A program made the position numbers and the translations under genes. Positions 25,101-39,330 of a DNA stretch of 64,000 nt are shown here, in pieces (the stretch's first letter is position 1; each line of letters begins with the position of its first letter). Under the pieces are notes generated by a model. The model searched no databases and had not been told where the DNA came from. It saw only the letters and a list, made by a program, of their open reading frames with translations. This DNA is from Strigamia acuminata (Eukaryota): NCBI GenBank assembly GCA_949358305.1, contig OX442314.1:21018001-21082000 (forward strand), read 5' to 3'.

Positions 25101-27605
25101 ATTTCACTAAGGGATTGAACTCAATCTATGAAAAGTGGAGGTACGGTCGTGTTAAAAAAAACTAGACTCTCATTCTATGCTGAGTAATTTTGTGTTTTGC
25201 CGCTAGGTGAAACACCAGATACTTGTATCAGACAAGGCTATACAAGTATTATACGAGTATGATCATCTGTTGAACACGAAATTATTCACAATGTCAATTG
25301 CCAGCATAGAGGGAGGGTCCAGTTTTTTGAACACAACTGTACAGACTACCTACATACGTCGTAGTTATTACAGCAAAGATAGGAAAGCATATTTTCATTG
25401 GGTGCTTATTTATTTGAAATTATTTCCTATGAATTAGATACGAATGTGCAAAATTCAGTTCAGCCGTACCATAAAAGAGACGAAAATTGTGTTTTAAAAA
25501 ATCTTTTAGCTGAGGACTTGTAAAAGTGACGAGGATGAAGTAAAAACGTCACATCTGACAGCCATAAAATATAAAAGATACAGAAGTGATTTTTGAATGT
25601 GCTTTTGGTTCAAAAGAAGCTGGCAGGCTTTGGGGGTTATGAGGTTATGAGGTAATGAGGGTTATTTAAACAGATTCTCAACATTTTAAAATTTAATCCT
25701 AGAGTTAGCTGTTCTTGTAGGGTTGCCAAGGTTTTCCCGGACATGTCCTCTTCTTAAGGTGTGAAGGGAACATCCGGGGAGGGGATTTTACAACGTGTCT
25801 GAGATTTTTTTTTAGATTTTAATTCCTTATAAGTGAGACTGCAATCGCCCTTGCCCACCTGCTCGCCTGGACGCTTGAACGTCATTCGATTAAAAAACAC
25901 AATTAAAATTTGACTTAAATTTTTCAGAAAACTAAAATGACTGAAAAGTGAATGGTGAGTTTGGGGATTTTTTTTTGAAACCGAATTTACTTTGAAGTTC
26001 AACGTGTTTTGTTGTTGTATAAAATGAAAAGTGCTATTTCAAGTTGGCGTTAATGTCTGACCGTTTATAACATTTGATGCTGCGGCAAGATGGCTGCTGT
26101 TGCTTAAAATTTAACTGCGACCTGGGAATAGACAAAGTGTTTATTTGGCCTTGCGGCTTTTTGGGGTTTTAAAGGGTTAAGCTTGTGTTTTGTCGCTGAT
26201 GGTTGGCTGATGTCACCAGTGAAATATCTTCTTTGCACTAACGTCACGCTTTAGGGTTGTGTGGTCCACATAAGTCTCAGTAGAGGGAGTTGTGTGTGAG
26301 TATAATAAAGCCTAAAGAAATATATAGTGATTTTGTAGTGTGATAAGGGCAGTGCAAGTTTTTAAAGTTGAGTCCATAAAAGGAAGAAAAGGAGAAGAAA
26401 GTTGTAGAAAATAAAGAATGATGTTTGGGATAGCAATTTAAAAAAAAAGAACGAGTAAAAAGTATTTTTTATATTTTTTTGAAGTAGTGGAAAATTACTC
26501 TATTTATATGCGATACAGTTTGAAAATGGATTTTTTACCCTCCTTTTATCTGTTGATTTCTTTGCTCAAGTTGATTGAAAGCCTGGTTGAATTGGAGGAA
26601 AAGTTCGAGAAAGCAGTGAAATAAAATGGCAGCCAAGTGTGTGATAACATGGTCAGGGAATGATGTCATTTATCACACTGACGGTTAGGGCTTAATGAGA
26701 AAAATATTTGTAAAATTGTCGATGGGCTTGTTTTTTAATTAGATTTTCTTCTCTACTAATTGACACATCAATCATTGGCACTAATGTCAACAAGCAATGA
26801 CCATAAGTTTTTCTTTTTTTTTTCTTTTTTTTTTTTTATTTGCGAAGAAGAAGGAATGGGATTTTTTTTAAAAACCATTAGTCAGTTTTAGTTTGTGATT
26901 TATATTTTGTTTATACAAAGGAATACAGTACAATAGATCAAAGTATAATTGGACGTGGTCTCTCCATCTTTTAAAGGGGTCCAATAAACACTCGACATAA
27001 CGCTTGATTTAAGTTATTTCAAAATTTGATTGCATGTTACATTCATACAGTGATTTAGACTAAATAAGCATTTTAAACAACATATTTAAACTGCTTTTTA
27101 AACTAACTTCCAAAATGGCTGCTGATGTAGTCTGATTTCAGTCGCAGTAAGCATACAAACACACCACATTTAATCTTCGGAGGCATATGGGTAAAATGTA
27201 CTCGTTTTGGTATAAGGCATTACGCGTTTAGGGACAATTTTAGGTCGATTGGTTAAGGCGCCATTTAGTTTGTTTTTAGTTCTCAACTAATTTCATAGAG
27301 GTCGCAACACCTAAACAATAAAAATAAATAAGTTTGAACCATCTGATGGTGGTTTTAAACACTACTGGTACTGGTATAAGCCAAAAGCTGCTGAAGCCAG
27401 CTTAAAAGTTATGCTGGAGCTTTAAGGGGAAGAAAATTTCATCTTAGAATAATTAATTAAATAAATATCGAATGACTATAAATTTCTTGTGAGTTAAAGT
27501 TTATCATCATATAATCATAATGACAAACTTTAAGCAAAAATAAATGAACAGGAAAAAAGATTTTCTATTCAAGAAACTGTTTGTCTCTAAACGCGTGTAG
27601 CCTAA

Positions 27606-27925
27606 AGCTAGGTTCACACTTGTGTTCACATTCACACTAGACGCAACACCAGAAAACTGACGCAGTGCAAGCTGCTTGCGTCCAAAAATTCTTGACGTTG
27701 ACGCCAATTCCTGCTTCAACTCCAAGTTGAAGAAAGCGACGCAACACAAGGAAAGGTCTTGTGGCCAACCAATCACGATCGACTCCAATTCTTGTCGATT
27801 CACATCTTGCTACACCTGAACAGGCCGCCATTTTATTTCATTTTATTTCATTTTATTTCATTTCAGTGTGAACAGACTGCGTTGCGTTTGACTAATTTTT
27901 CCTTGAGTTGCGTTGCGTCCTAGCT
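27606..27925. mobile_element. PIF/Harbinger-like MITE (degenerate)
   Basis: TAA|AGCTAGGTTCACAC ... CCTAGCT|TTA, with repeated TTCACAC/GTGTGAA and GACGCAAC/GTTGCGT subterminal motifs in both orientations. The two TWA flanks are not identical. Confidence 0.5.
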
Positions 27926-30358
27926 TTATGCCACCGAGGGTTAAACAACCAAAAATGTTTAACTGCAAGTTAAACATGACATAACGAATGCGCATGATGT
28001 TAATAAAGGGTTAATGATATTTTACATTAAAAATTAGACATGTAGTAAATAATTTATAAATTAATTTAAAATTTCTTTCATATATGAACGGGTCGCGGTT
28101 TTTATTTTTTGAAATGTTTATATTAAGTTTTTGAATTAGAAATTTATTTTAATAAAGAAAAAATAATAATTTATTTCTACTCTCAGAGGAGTTTCTTAAA
28201 CCGTGTGTGTTAAGCAAGCAAAAGAAAAAAATAAATTATTTTTTTCTTTTTTTAGTTTTAGAATTGAAGTTACAAACATCAAATTTAATATTCATCTTAA
28301 CAACTTCATATACACAAGACCCCAGAAACATCACTTAAAGCGGAAAGGAGAAAAAAGAAGGGGGTCGGGTGAGGAGGAAAAAACCCATCAAAACTTGGGC
28401 TTCATTAAAAACTTTTACAAACTCATATCGTATTTTTCTTTTCTTCTGCAACTCTGAAGATCGACCAAGCATAAAGACAACGCCTGACTCAACTCCGTAG
28501 GGGGTGTAAAATGAAGGTTGCTCTTCCTCCACCACCTCCATTTTCTTTCTTGCATTTGCTAAATTCAATTGTCATGTGACAGCTGGTTAGAATGTTAGCA
28601 AAATGCTTAGAGGAGAGCGCAATTATAAAACAGGTCAAGCAAGTCAGCATCGTCGTCCAACGTTTTCAGTTTTAACCCTTTATTGCTGAAGGAATGAAAA
28701 ATGCAAATTTTATGTTGCTTTTTGATATTTCAAGTTGAGGGAGAGTCTGTTTTTAATTGCTCACTTCATTATTTGATGTGGTTTTTCTTCCATCCTTGTT
28801 TGTTGTTGTTGTTGTCGTTGTTCCGTTTACTTTGTTGTTGCTTGTTTTGGTGTTTGTCAAACACGTGGTTATGGATAAAGAGTTACAACTGTTTGGTTTT
28901 ATTCCTGGGTGGATGTAAATTGGATTGTGGATCGATAGCAGAAAAAGTTGGCTCATTTTTTTTTGTTTATATTAAAAAGAAAAACGATATATATAGAATA
29001 AAAATCAATATTAAAGTAGTTATGGGCCATGATAGGATTTTTATTGGTATCACTGCGAGTGATTTTTGGCAGTAAATATTCATTTTAACAGTTTAATGAG
29101 TTTAAAATCGTGAAATATTGGGATGTCGTTGTGTCCCGTTTGGTTTAACAGCTTTAAGTTGTTTCTAAATTTTGTAACGACTAATTTCGTACAAAAGCAT
29201 GTTCGTGACTTGAATATTTTGTTAAACCTACAATTGATCGTAAATTTTAGAATAACTGATTTTCTTTTTCTTTTTTTTTTTTTTAATGTGGCTTTAAAAC
29301 TGAAATTTCTGCCCAATACTACAAGGCTCAACAGAACTTTAACTGCTTCGTAAAATCTGACCTTGTCAGCAGAAATGTAAAAGATAAAGATAATATTACC
29401 CACGACTTTTTCTTTTTTCTTTTTTTTTCTACGGGGCTTATAAATATTAATAGCTTTATAAATGTTAGTAATTAAAAAGTGAAGGATGGAAATTAATTAA
29501 TTTTTTTTCTTAAATTATTTAAATTCTAAATTTCATATACATATTTTTAGTTTTGATTAAAAATACGTTTTATATTAAAATTTAAAACTGAGGCAGTAAA
29601 TAACTTTTTTTTTCTATATAATAAAAAATTTAACAAATAACGACTTTTTTTTTTTTAAATATATAAATATATTTTTTTAATGATTGCCGTAGATAACGAG
29701 CATTTGTACAAAAATGGCCATTTTCTTAGTTTTCGAACAGATGTAGGCCATTAAAAGAGCGAATCTTCGTTTAGAAAAAATGAAAAGAAAAGAAAAAGGA
29801 AAAAAAAAAGTGAAATGCATTTTTGTATTGACGGAAAGAGGAAATGGTGAGTGGGGGTGGAAGCGTTTGTGTTTGGAGAAAAACGAGTATGGAAAGTAGA
29901 AATGAAAAGAAAAAGTTACTTTTCGAAGCACGAACGAGAGGAGGATTAAGGAGGGTTGTCGGGAGGAGTTTGTAATCACCACTCGCAGTTCGATAAGTCG
30001 ACAAATTAGTTTGGAAACAAACAGCAGATAGTGAACACGACAGGCGTTGAAATGGCCCCATTATGGGATGAATGTTCTTGATTTGGGGAAAAACGAACAC
30101 CCTCATCCTCATCTCTTTTTTATCTTTATCCTTCTCGCGCTTACTCTTTCAAATTTCCTTTTTCGCTAAGTAACGCCATAAATTTTTCTTTGGCGTAAAT
30201 TTACACCTGCCTAATCTACAAATGTTTTTCAAAAATTGAAGAAGAAATGTAGAACCGTCGAGTGCGTTACTTTGGAAAAAATTTTGACTTGAAACTTCTT
30301 TTGACGCAGTAGAGCTTCTAAAACGGAAATGACGAATGAGTGACGGAAGTGTAACAGT

Positions 30359-30704
30359 AGGTGCGTTCAATTTGCGAAAGGAAAGACAAATCCTTCCTTT
30401 TCTTCCTTTTTGATACCGGAAATGATGTAAAACACGTCATCCAAAAGATACTTTTACAAAAGGTTGCAATTGCGTCACTTTTCTTTCTTTTGTATTTTTC
30501 CTTTGGGTTAGTGACACAATCTGCGCATGCATCATATTGGTAGATGAAACATGAAAAATTGTTTGTTTTTATGATAAAATCGAACATTTTAAACGTGACC
30601 CGATTGCCAGTTTCTTTTTAGAATCGATGACGTGCTTTTACGTCATTTCCAGTGTCCAAAAGGAAGAAAAGGAAAAATTTGTCTTTTCTTTCACAAACGC
30701 ACCT
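30359..30704. mobile_element. MITE with long (about 80 bp) terminal inverted repeats
   Basis: 30359-30441 is the imperfect reverse complement of 30626-30704 (AGGTGCG...AAAGACAAAT..TTCCTTTTCTTCCTTTT.GA.AC.GGAAATGA.GTAAAA..CACGTCATC). Flanks can be read as a 3-bp AGT duplication or as TA. Confidence 0.8.
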
Positions 30705-33700
30705 AGTGAGGGGAGGGGTCGGAGAACAATACAAACATAAAACTTGATAATTTGGAATAAGTTGAGAATTTTCACTTCTATCGTGTGGTTTTAAGCACAT
30801 ATGGTACATTTTTTTTTATAGTTTGTGATGGATAAAAGAGCAGAAATTGTGACAGAATTGTTGTGACAGATTCATTTCCCTCTCGCGTACTTTAATTTGT
30901 TGGAAAGTTGTTGAGATGAAAATTTGATGGAATAAAAATTTGATGAAATAAAATTTTTGTTAACTGTCTGGATTGTCAACGAGTTGATGATTTTTCTAAT
31001 TCTCCCTGGATACAGATAATCACGTTGATGTAGATTTAAATTACTAAAACGAGATGAGATTCTTTATGAAATCAAGAAGTTATTACTTATACTGTATTCG
31101 AATTTCATTCGTTACTCATTTGTCTCATTTACCACATCATCAAACACATTAATAGATGAGCTTGAAGACGCAGGCAATAATGGCAATCACTCACTCGGGA
31201 GAAGGAAGTTAGATGATATTATTGGTTAAGATGATTGGAGAATTCCGTGATAGTGAACCGAAGAAGGCGCACAAGACGACGGCAATAAATGTCATTGTTT
31301 TCGCTATTTCTTCAAGTTTCACCTTGTAATAATAGTAATGGAAGAGGACGGGGGAAAATAAAGATATATTTAAGGGGATTGCGAGTACGATTGCCATGGT
31401 AACCGAGAAAGTACGGGTTGGGACGAGTTTGTTTCTTCATGGCTGGTCTTAGCTCATGTCACGTTTACTGATTGTTCTGCTCAATCGGCTGCCAGAACAG
31501 TTGCTGAACTTGTAGTCATCCTATTAATTGTAATCAATACGAAGCAATGTGCACATGTTGTACGAATTAAGCGCTATACAGTCGAATAACACGCGTTGTT
31601 AAACTCAGCTCTGGTCATTACCAACTTAGGTCTAATAAACGCGACATTTCTGGTCACGATTCATCATTTTTGGGTCTTTTGATCGTAATAAACTGACTAA
31701 TACTCAATTTGGGCTGTATATTTTCAATCCACTAAAAAGATCAAACTTGTATCTTGAGCAAAATAGCACACAAACAAGTGGTAGATGAAGCACATAGTAA
31801 ATATACTAACCGCAATCATAAAATGAAATGGAGAGATGAAAAGCAAACAAACGAACAAAAAGAAAATGAAAAGCAATAAATAAGCGGAGCAGATCCCAGA
31901 ACAAAAGATTGCACTTGCTTTATGTATGCGTTGATTTGTTAGCTTCACTGTACGTTTGCGATACCAACAATCTACAGTTACTGGAAGGAAGGGAGGGAGG
32001 GAGGGAGGAATGGATGGATGGATGATGCTTAGGTTTATAGGTCTTTGAAGATCATCTTTGAGATAATAATGTTTATAGTAGGTACAGTAGGTGGTACACA
32101 CTACACAGCAATTGTTGACATTTTCAATCGTATAAAATATTCAGGCAAATACATTTTAAATCAGAAAAGTTTACAAAGCAATTGTAAATAGCCAAATCCA
32201 ACATGCATGCATACGAATAGAAGAAAATCGAATTTATTTATTTGTATATTGGTTAAATTTATTTTTCATTATCTTATTGGTTGGTGAATGATAACCGACA
32301 AAACAGCATTGCCTCGGTCTAAATCCAAACATGGCGGCCAATTTTGAGTCGCAGTGGGTATGCGCACGACATTTAAACAACAAAACATACTTAACTGCGA
32401 GCTAAACATGCATTTGTGAATGTGCTTCTGTTGCGAATGAGTTGCTGTATACGGTTTGGAATGACTTAACCCATTAGATGAGCTGTTAGGAGTAGTGGAC
32501 AAGGCCATTGAAAATAACAGCACGCTTAAAACAGCTTACTGCAGTTGTCCCTCGATCTGCCAAGTCGAGTACTTCATTTTGACATTAAGAGCACTACAAT
32601 GTACAATAAATGTAGCCTTAAGTGGTCCATGTTTATTCGCAGGATCTGAACGAAGTTGTTCTCCAAACATTTTTTGGGGAGTAAGGGGGGACCCTGACCA
32701 GTTTCAACCGTGCACATATAGAGTATTGGTTTTTAATCATATGCTCTTCTAAACTAGACACTATTTCAACATGAAAACTCATTACCTAAAGCCAAAAACG
32801 CTGTTAATTAAAAGGTTCTGATATTTGGAAACGAGTTTTGAAGAAAGTTAAATAAAAGTTAGAATTTCAAATTTATTTTCCATATCTTGAGGGTTTAACG
32901 TGCCAAATTAATTAACTAGAATGACTGTTTGGACAATCAGTTTGACGGGATTTCCGTAGTTTTGAATGCGAAGTAAACAACGGTTTCAAGACCGCATACA
33001 ATAAACAGGAGCTTGGAACAATTTTTCTGGTCATTGCTATCACCTGAAGATGGAACCGGCACCACTTGAGCGTTGCGTCTATTCGCCACAACTCTGACCG
33101 CGAATGAATTCTCTATAGGGGGAATGGTTTCGGATGAACATTAGGACACTTGTAATAGACTCCTTTACACCGATTCAAAACGTGGCACTTGAATGGGAAA
33201 ACAAAGCTGAACTGTAACGTGTAATGGAAACGCAAGTGCGAATTCCTATTGTCCGTAATCAAAATTTTAAATTAAAATATTTTAGCTTTTAACGTTCGAG
33301 AAGAAACTACCAAGTTAGGCTTTATAGTTGGGCATAACCCGAGATGTTTCCACAGATCTCTACAGTCTGAGCACAAAAGATTACTCTATTCAAGTCGGAT
33401 ATTACAGTACTTGGAGCTGCCTTGGTTTAGTCTGATGAGCATGATGCGCTGTGGGGCTGCACTTAGGAGTAAATTTGAGCATGTTACAGTTTAAAAAATA
33501 TATTTTTTTTTTTGTAAAAATATTTTAGGAATTTTAATTTTAATTTAATTTTTTATTTATGTTTTTTTTTTATTATTATTTTTATTTTATAAATTTTGTT
33601 TCGCTTTAAAACTAATATCTTGAGTATCTTTTGGCTGGGGAATGCGATGGTTTGAATTGGACGTCAACCCTTATACAATATTTATACACGAGATAATTGT

Positions 33701-34870
33701 CGGCTCTCGTTTTGAATTTGTCTAAAGGCAGAATTGCCAACGAAGCAACCAACCCAACTCCCATAGGTTATCGGCCTGGCCTTTAACAGATGTTCTAAAT
33801 TAGAGAAGAATTTTTTTTTCTAAGGGGATAGTTTGCTTCAGTAAATAAATATTGTACGGTAAGTTAATTTTAAAAGGAACTCAATCAACAGTGGATAATG
33901 TCATGTAGTTTATTACTTTGGTGAAAAATGATATTGAAAATTTAGAATACCGGTAATTGAGATGGACAAATAAAATATTACGGTAAAATATTATTTTTTA
34001 TTATATTAAGAAAAAAAAATTAGATGAAATATTTAGTAAGCTTGGGAATTAGGATGGTATTGGATTGGATAAAGTTTTGAGTAAAGTTTTGAAAAGTAAT
34101 TTTTGTTTTTTTATTACTAGTATGGAATTATGGATGGCCTTTATTTTGAAATTTAAATTCAACTTGTATTATTAAGAAATCTCATGTGGACAAAATTGGT
34201 TGTGGAAATTGCCAGTGGAATACATTAGGAAAAAGTAGCCCATAAATTAATAAGGGGGAAATGTTTATCTTGGGGGTTTTCATCATTTGCAACGAATAAA
34301 TAATTTCGCTCAACCTTTAAGGTCGAAGGCGACCAAACTGGGACTTAGGGGATTACTAAATAGAAATGTAAATAAAGTCGGTGTAGCGAAAACAAATGAA
34401 AGGCGTTGGTAAGAGGACATTTGTGGCGACTTTAATGTCGAGCTGCAACAAACAAGAAGCTGCAATTATAAATTTTCAAATGTATTTCTCCTTTCACAGT
34501 GGTTTTCTACAGTATTGCCATAAAATAGCCTTAGTAATGGTAAGGATCGTTAAAATTAAAGTTCTGCATTTTGGGTTGATGCCAGCATAAATAATTCACT
34601 CAGTTTACTGTACGTTTTATACCTTTTAGGCTTGAATAAATATTTGACTGTTTGGGTTTGTTTGATTTGGCCTAGAGCTTGAAAATTTAATTGTTATAGC
34701 ATCGATAGATTCCACGAATATGAACTTTTATGTATGTTGTTATACGTACGTAGAAAAGAGATTCAAGTTATCGTACTTTTTACTTTGTTGAAAAGGCTAC
34801 TACGGGGGACATTGCCAAATAAAAAAAGATTTTTAGGCAAAAAAATTCTTCTATAGACCAACAAATTCAT

Positions 34871-35160
34871 ATTTAGACGAAAATTATGGTTTTTAGTCGA
34901 AAAATATGGTTTTTAGACGAAAAATATGGTTTTTAGACATAAAATATGGTTTTTAGACGAAAAATATGGTTTTTAGACGAAAAATATGGTTTTTAGACGA
35001 AAAATATGGTTTTTAGACGAAAAATATGGTTTTTAGACGAAAAATATGGTTTTTAGACGAAAAATATGGTTTTTAGACGAAAAATATGGTTTTTAGACGA
35101 AAAATATGGTTTTTAGACGAAAAATATGGTTTTTAGATGAAAAATATAGTTTTTAGACCC
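34871..35160. repeat. 20-bp minisatellite, about 14.5 units of TTTTAGACGAAAAATATGGT
   Basis: Directly visible exact period of 20, with identical central units and degenerate edge units. Confidence 0.97.
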
Positions 35161-36890
35161 AAAAATTGATGTTTTTAATGTGCAAAAATGAAGCAAAACA
35201 TCAAAAATAGGGCTGAACATCCCAGATTAATTTAGTGAGCTGCAGACGAGTGGATCCGCCACTGAAAGATACTTGGATTGGAATCGTCACATCGTCTGAT
35301 ATAAATGGTTTGGTGCAGATGAATCTGCCAGAAAAATGCGTCTGGAGACTGTATTCAGTCTTTGGCAGAAAAATTATTAATTTTGTCACGTTTTTTTGTA
35401 CTATATTTTTATAGTTGTTTTGAGTCTATTGTAACACACGTGTCACTTTAATTACAATCACACTTAAGTGGATTTACAGGTTTATGAAGTTTAGATTGCG
35501 CACGATTCGGTCATTGCGATTTTTATTAATGCTGTTTATATTGCTTTGTGCTGAAAGTAGAAAAGTTTGTCTCTTTTTTTTTATATTTAACCTTTAATTT
35601 CCAGGGTTTAATATATTTATATTATTTATGGTAAGTTGTTTGAAAAGTTTTAACTCCGCATTTATATATTTTTATTTTAAAAAGAAAAGAGAAATTCAGA
35701 GGAAAAGGGTGTGTTTATTACTTGAATTATGGGCTTTAGGTTTAATGTCAAAAGTTATTTGGTGTACTGTATAAATCAAAATATAGAAAGTGGAGAGACA
35801 AGAAAATGGGTTTAGAGAGGATTAAAGTTTACTCAGTTACAGTAAAGTTGTTTGAGGATTCTAAAACGTTGATTTTATTAGGAAGTTGGCTTGAGTTGGG
35901 CTTGGCGAGAGTTGAGGAGTTTTGATAAATTTATTTAGCCAATTTATTTACTTGGAAACAGCAGTATGAGTATTGTAATTTTTCATCTTTTGCGTTTATT
36001 AATTTGTTGGCTCAAGAAGAATTTAATTAACTCGCACATTGCTGTGAGAAAACTCATGGTAGCTAATTAGACTCGACGGATTTCCAAGTGACAAAATAAT
36101 GAGACTAAGAAAAACAAAAGTGAGAAACGGGAGTTTAATTTGTTTAACAAGTTACGCTTAATCTGTTTCTTCGAGACGGGAGAATGGAGAAGGAAAGTTT
36201 ATGACTTTTTATCTCAGATCGGGTAGTTTATGGGTTTATTTTGCTTTCTATTTGTTAAGGATTTTCAAAACTTTTAATTGCCGCGTTTGAGTCATTTTCC
36301 AGTGGTGAAATCCAGCGTGTTTGTGCTTTGAGTTGCGTGCTGCTATAAAAGGCAAATGAAGACAGACAAAACCATCCGAGTTAATTTTATAGCTACGACA
36401 CTCGTAGAGGGTTCAGATTCGAGTCGTTTTGGTATTTTTAGATTTAAGATTAAATACTTAAACACCTTTTAAAATTCAGTAAGGTTAAATTTAAGTTTCG
36501 GAGTAAGGTTAAATTTATTTACTCTGAGTTGTGAAGCTGAAGCAATTTGGACACAATTGCACGATGATTGGGTTGCAGCTGAACTATTTATTGTTCACCA
36601 ATTTTCTATGAAATCTTATTCAAAATACACTGGAGTGGCATGTCACACGTTGCATGTCATGTCACATGTAGCATGCCACACATTGCATGCTGCTACTCAT
36701 TACTATGTATGTTTGGAAATGCGACGTCTTGCGGCTGGATGTGCGAAAATAACACGAATGCATGAAGGGATTAATATAACTTTCCTTATTGTAGCATCTA
36801 AAAGAAACGAATTTAAATTTAAATTTAACTTGACAATAAATCTATTGCGCGACATATTTTTTTAAATTTATTTTTAGCGTTAGACATTAA

Positions 36891-37249
36891 TTTTATCCGC
36901 CCCACCTAGGGTGAATTTTGACCTCCAAAAGTGGTTTTATTTTTTGTCTAAAAAACTAATGAGATTTTCTTTCTGAAATTTCATGTATTTTATTTAAACA
37001 TCATAACAAACAATAAAGAAAATAATAGATTCAAAAATTCAAAAATTAAATTTTTGCGAAATTTTTTTGTTTACCTACTACTTTTGAATTCAATCTCAAT
37101 TATTTTTGTCGCACATTTTCGATAAATATCCAATTGGTTAAATTTTGTTGTTAACATGAAATAGACAAAGAATAGAATTATTTTCATACATTTTTGGAAT
37201 TTTTATTTTGGCTTTGGGTCAAAAATGACTCGGGTTGGGTGAGTAAGGG
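36891..37249. mobile_element. Possible degenerate piggyBac-like MITE
   Basis: Weak terminal IR with subterminal GGGTGAATTTTGACC / GGGTCAAAAATGACTC motifs. The left flank is TTAA but the right flank is not. Confidence 0.3.
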
Positions 37250-38776
37250 TATTTTTTAGGTTGGTACTGCTAGGTACCGGTAGGTGCATTCGTAACAGAC
37301 TAAAATCGGCCGCCATTTTTGAAGTTAGATCGAGAAAAGCAGTTTAAAAATGAGTTTAAAATGCTGGTTAGTTTAAAAGACTTTATGAATGTGCCGACTT
37401 TTAATTTCGCTCTACGGTTATAGTCGATTGAATTGAATTTTAGCTGCAATCACGAAGTTAAATTAAAATTGTACAAGAGCGCAGATCGGGTTGTTATGCT
37501 TGAATGTTTTAAAGTTTTGTCGGCGTTCTTTAAACTGCAATTTTTCAAGATCCTGCCTATACCAAATTTCATATAAATATGTGTTTTTGTGAACCTATTA
37601 TCTAGGTTTTTCCGCAGAGATGAAAGAACGAGATAGAATTTAGTTGGAATGTAAGAATTTGGTTTTATCCAATTATAGAGACTTGGAACAAAAAGTAATT
37701 TTAATTCTGCGTGTAAGCCATTAACAATATTAGAAAATGGTCATATGCACAGGCTTAAGTTATTAATTAGGGGAAAAAATGTGTAAAAATATCTAAGCTT
37801 GTGGACAATTACCGCCATTTCTTATCGCAGAAAATGTTAATTGCATAATCATGATAATCTTGTTTAGTGTGCTGCTTGATGTCGGTAATTGGAGGTGAGG
37901 GTGAATCGAAAAGCCATACGCCAGGTGAATTGTCTTTTCACCTTCTGGCTCAGACCCAATTCTTTCATTTTGGCGTCGTGCCCTCTTCTGATTGGCGGAT
38001 CCAATTATGAAGGATGAAGTGTTTACTCACTGCTGTTTTCTATCTGCCTTCAAAAATAAGAAAACAAATAAAGGAAAAAGTTACTTTTTATTAAAGAAGA
38101 AAAGATAAATAATAGAATGGTATTGGGCTTTGCTGTGAGTGACACAGCTGTCGTAAGAATTCAGACGCTTGATTTGATAAGAATTGTGATTTAGTTAATT
38201 TATATTCATGCACAAGTAAATTGCTAAGATAATGGAGTTTTAAGCTTGAACACTAGAGTTCAACTGTAATTAAAATCACACAATTAACTCGTCTGGAGGA
38301 TAAAAGCAATTTTTAATTTTTTTGATTTTATTTATCAGTGAAATTGACCTTGTTTAGCTAGAATTTGTTAGGTAGACTGCAAAGCTTAAGAGTACTTAGA
38401 AAGCATCAATGTTATCTTAGTTTTATATACAAGCAAACATGATATTTTGTATTTATGAAAGTGCTAGTTTGGAGCAGCATGCCACGGCTTATCTGAATGT
38501 AAATGCTGAATATCATTATTGCGTGTATTATTATATCGATTGCTATGAAAGTTTAAAACTTCGATAAAGCAATACACACGGTATTGTCAGGAAATACATA
38601 CTTTTGAATGTTGATTGGAATTGCAATGGTCAATATGAAACAGAAATAATTGGTTATTGACTAATATAACGTTACTAATTGCTACTTTTATTTTAAATTT
38701 TGATTTCATATGCATTATCAGTTTGTTGTTTTATTAAAAAGAATTAAATGACGATCAAAAATGCGCTAATCTTAAC

Positions 38777-38820
38777 AAAAGGCCTTTCGGCTGTTTTCAG
38801 CCATCTTCAGATTAGCGTAT
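38777..38820 (-). ncRNA. Minimal type I hammerhead ribozyme motif (Penelope-like-element type)
   Basis: The - strand reads ATACGCTAAT CTGAAGA T GGCTG AAAA CAGCC GAAA GGCC TTTT. This gives a CUGANGA box, a perfect 5-bp stem II, a GAAA box and a palindromic helix III (AAAGGCCTTT, 38778-38787). Confidence 0.65.
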
Positions 38821-39330
38821 TTTTAATTGTCATTTAATTGTTTTTACTAATTGCTACATGAACATAATCAAGTGTTGATTTCAGCAATGCTGCTTTTAAA
38901 CTTTGTTTTTTTTTATGTCATGATGTGATTTGGATTAATGGTCAAATTGATAATTTTACATTTAGTCCTAATTTCAAGCTTTATTTTCAAATATATTTCA
39001 AAGCGAGGGAGTTTTGCCACGTTTCTGATAGGTGGAGCTACAGTGCACACAGTACAGGATCTTGATGCCAAATTCAAACACAAAGTCCCATTTTTTGCTC
39101 ACGGAAACACTCAAGTCTAAAATTGTTTCGTACACACAAGTGAATAGTGCCATTACCTGTTATTATTTCTAAAAATCATGTACGGAATATTTGTGAGTAT
39201 ATGTATTTTTCCCTGGCACAAAAACTGAAAAACTAATTGTTAAATCTCATTGGCTCTATCTTCATACGATGTACAGCGGTAACTTGATTGTTATTAGTTA
39301 TTACTGGTGAGGGATTTTTGTTTGATCTAT

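Noticed and set aside
25632..25663. GAGGTTAT repeats as an interstitial telomere
   Set aside because: An 8-bp unit in about 3 copies; it does not match TTAGG, TCAGG or TTAGGG.
32916..32940. Minus-strand TGATTGTCCAAAC resembling the 5' part of miR-219
   Set aside because: There is no complementary arm to form a precursor hairpin, and a 13-nt match to one of many miRNAs is plausible by chance.
34871..35160. Regular short repeat array as a possible CRISPR
   Set aside because: Units are head-to-tail with no unique spacers, there are no cas genes, and the context is eukaryotic.
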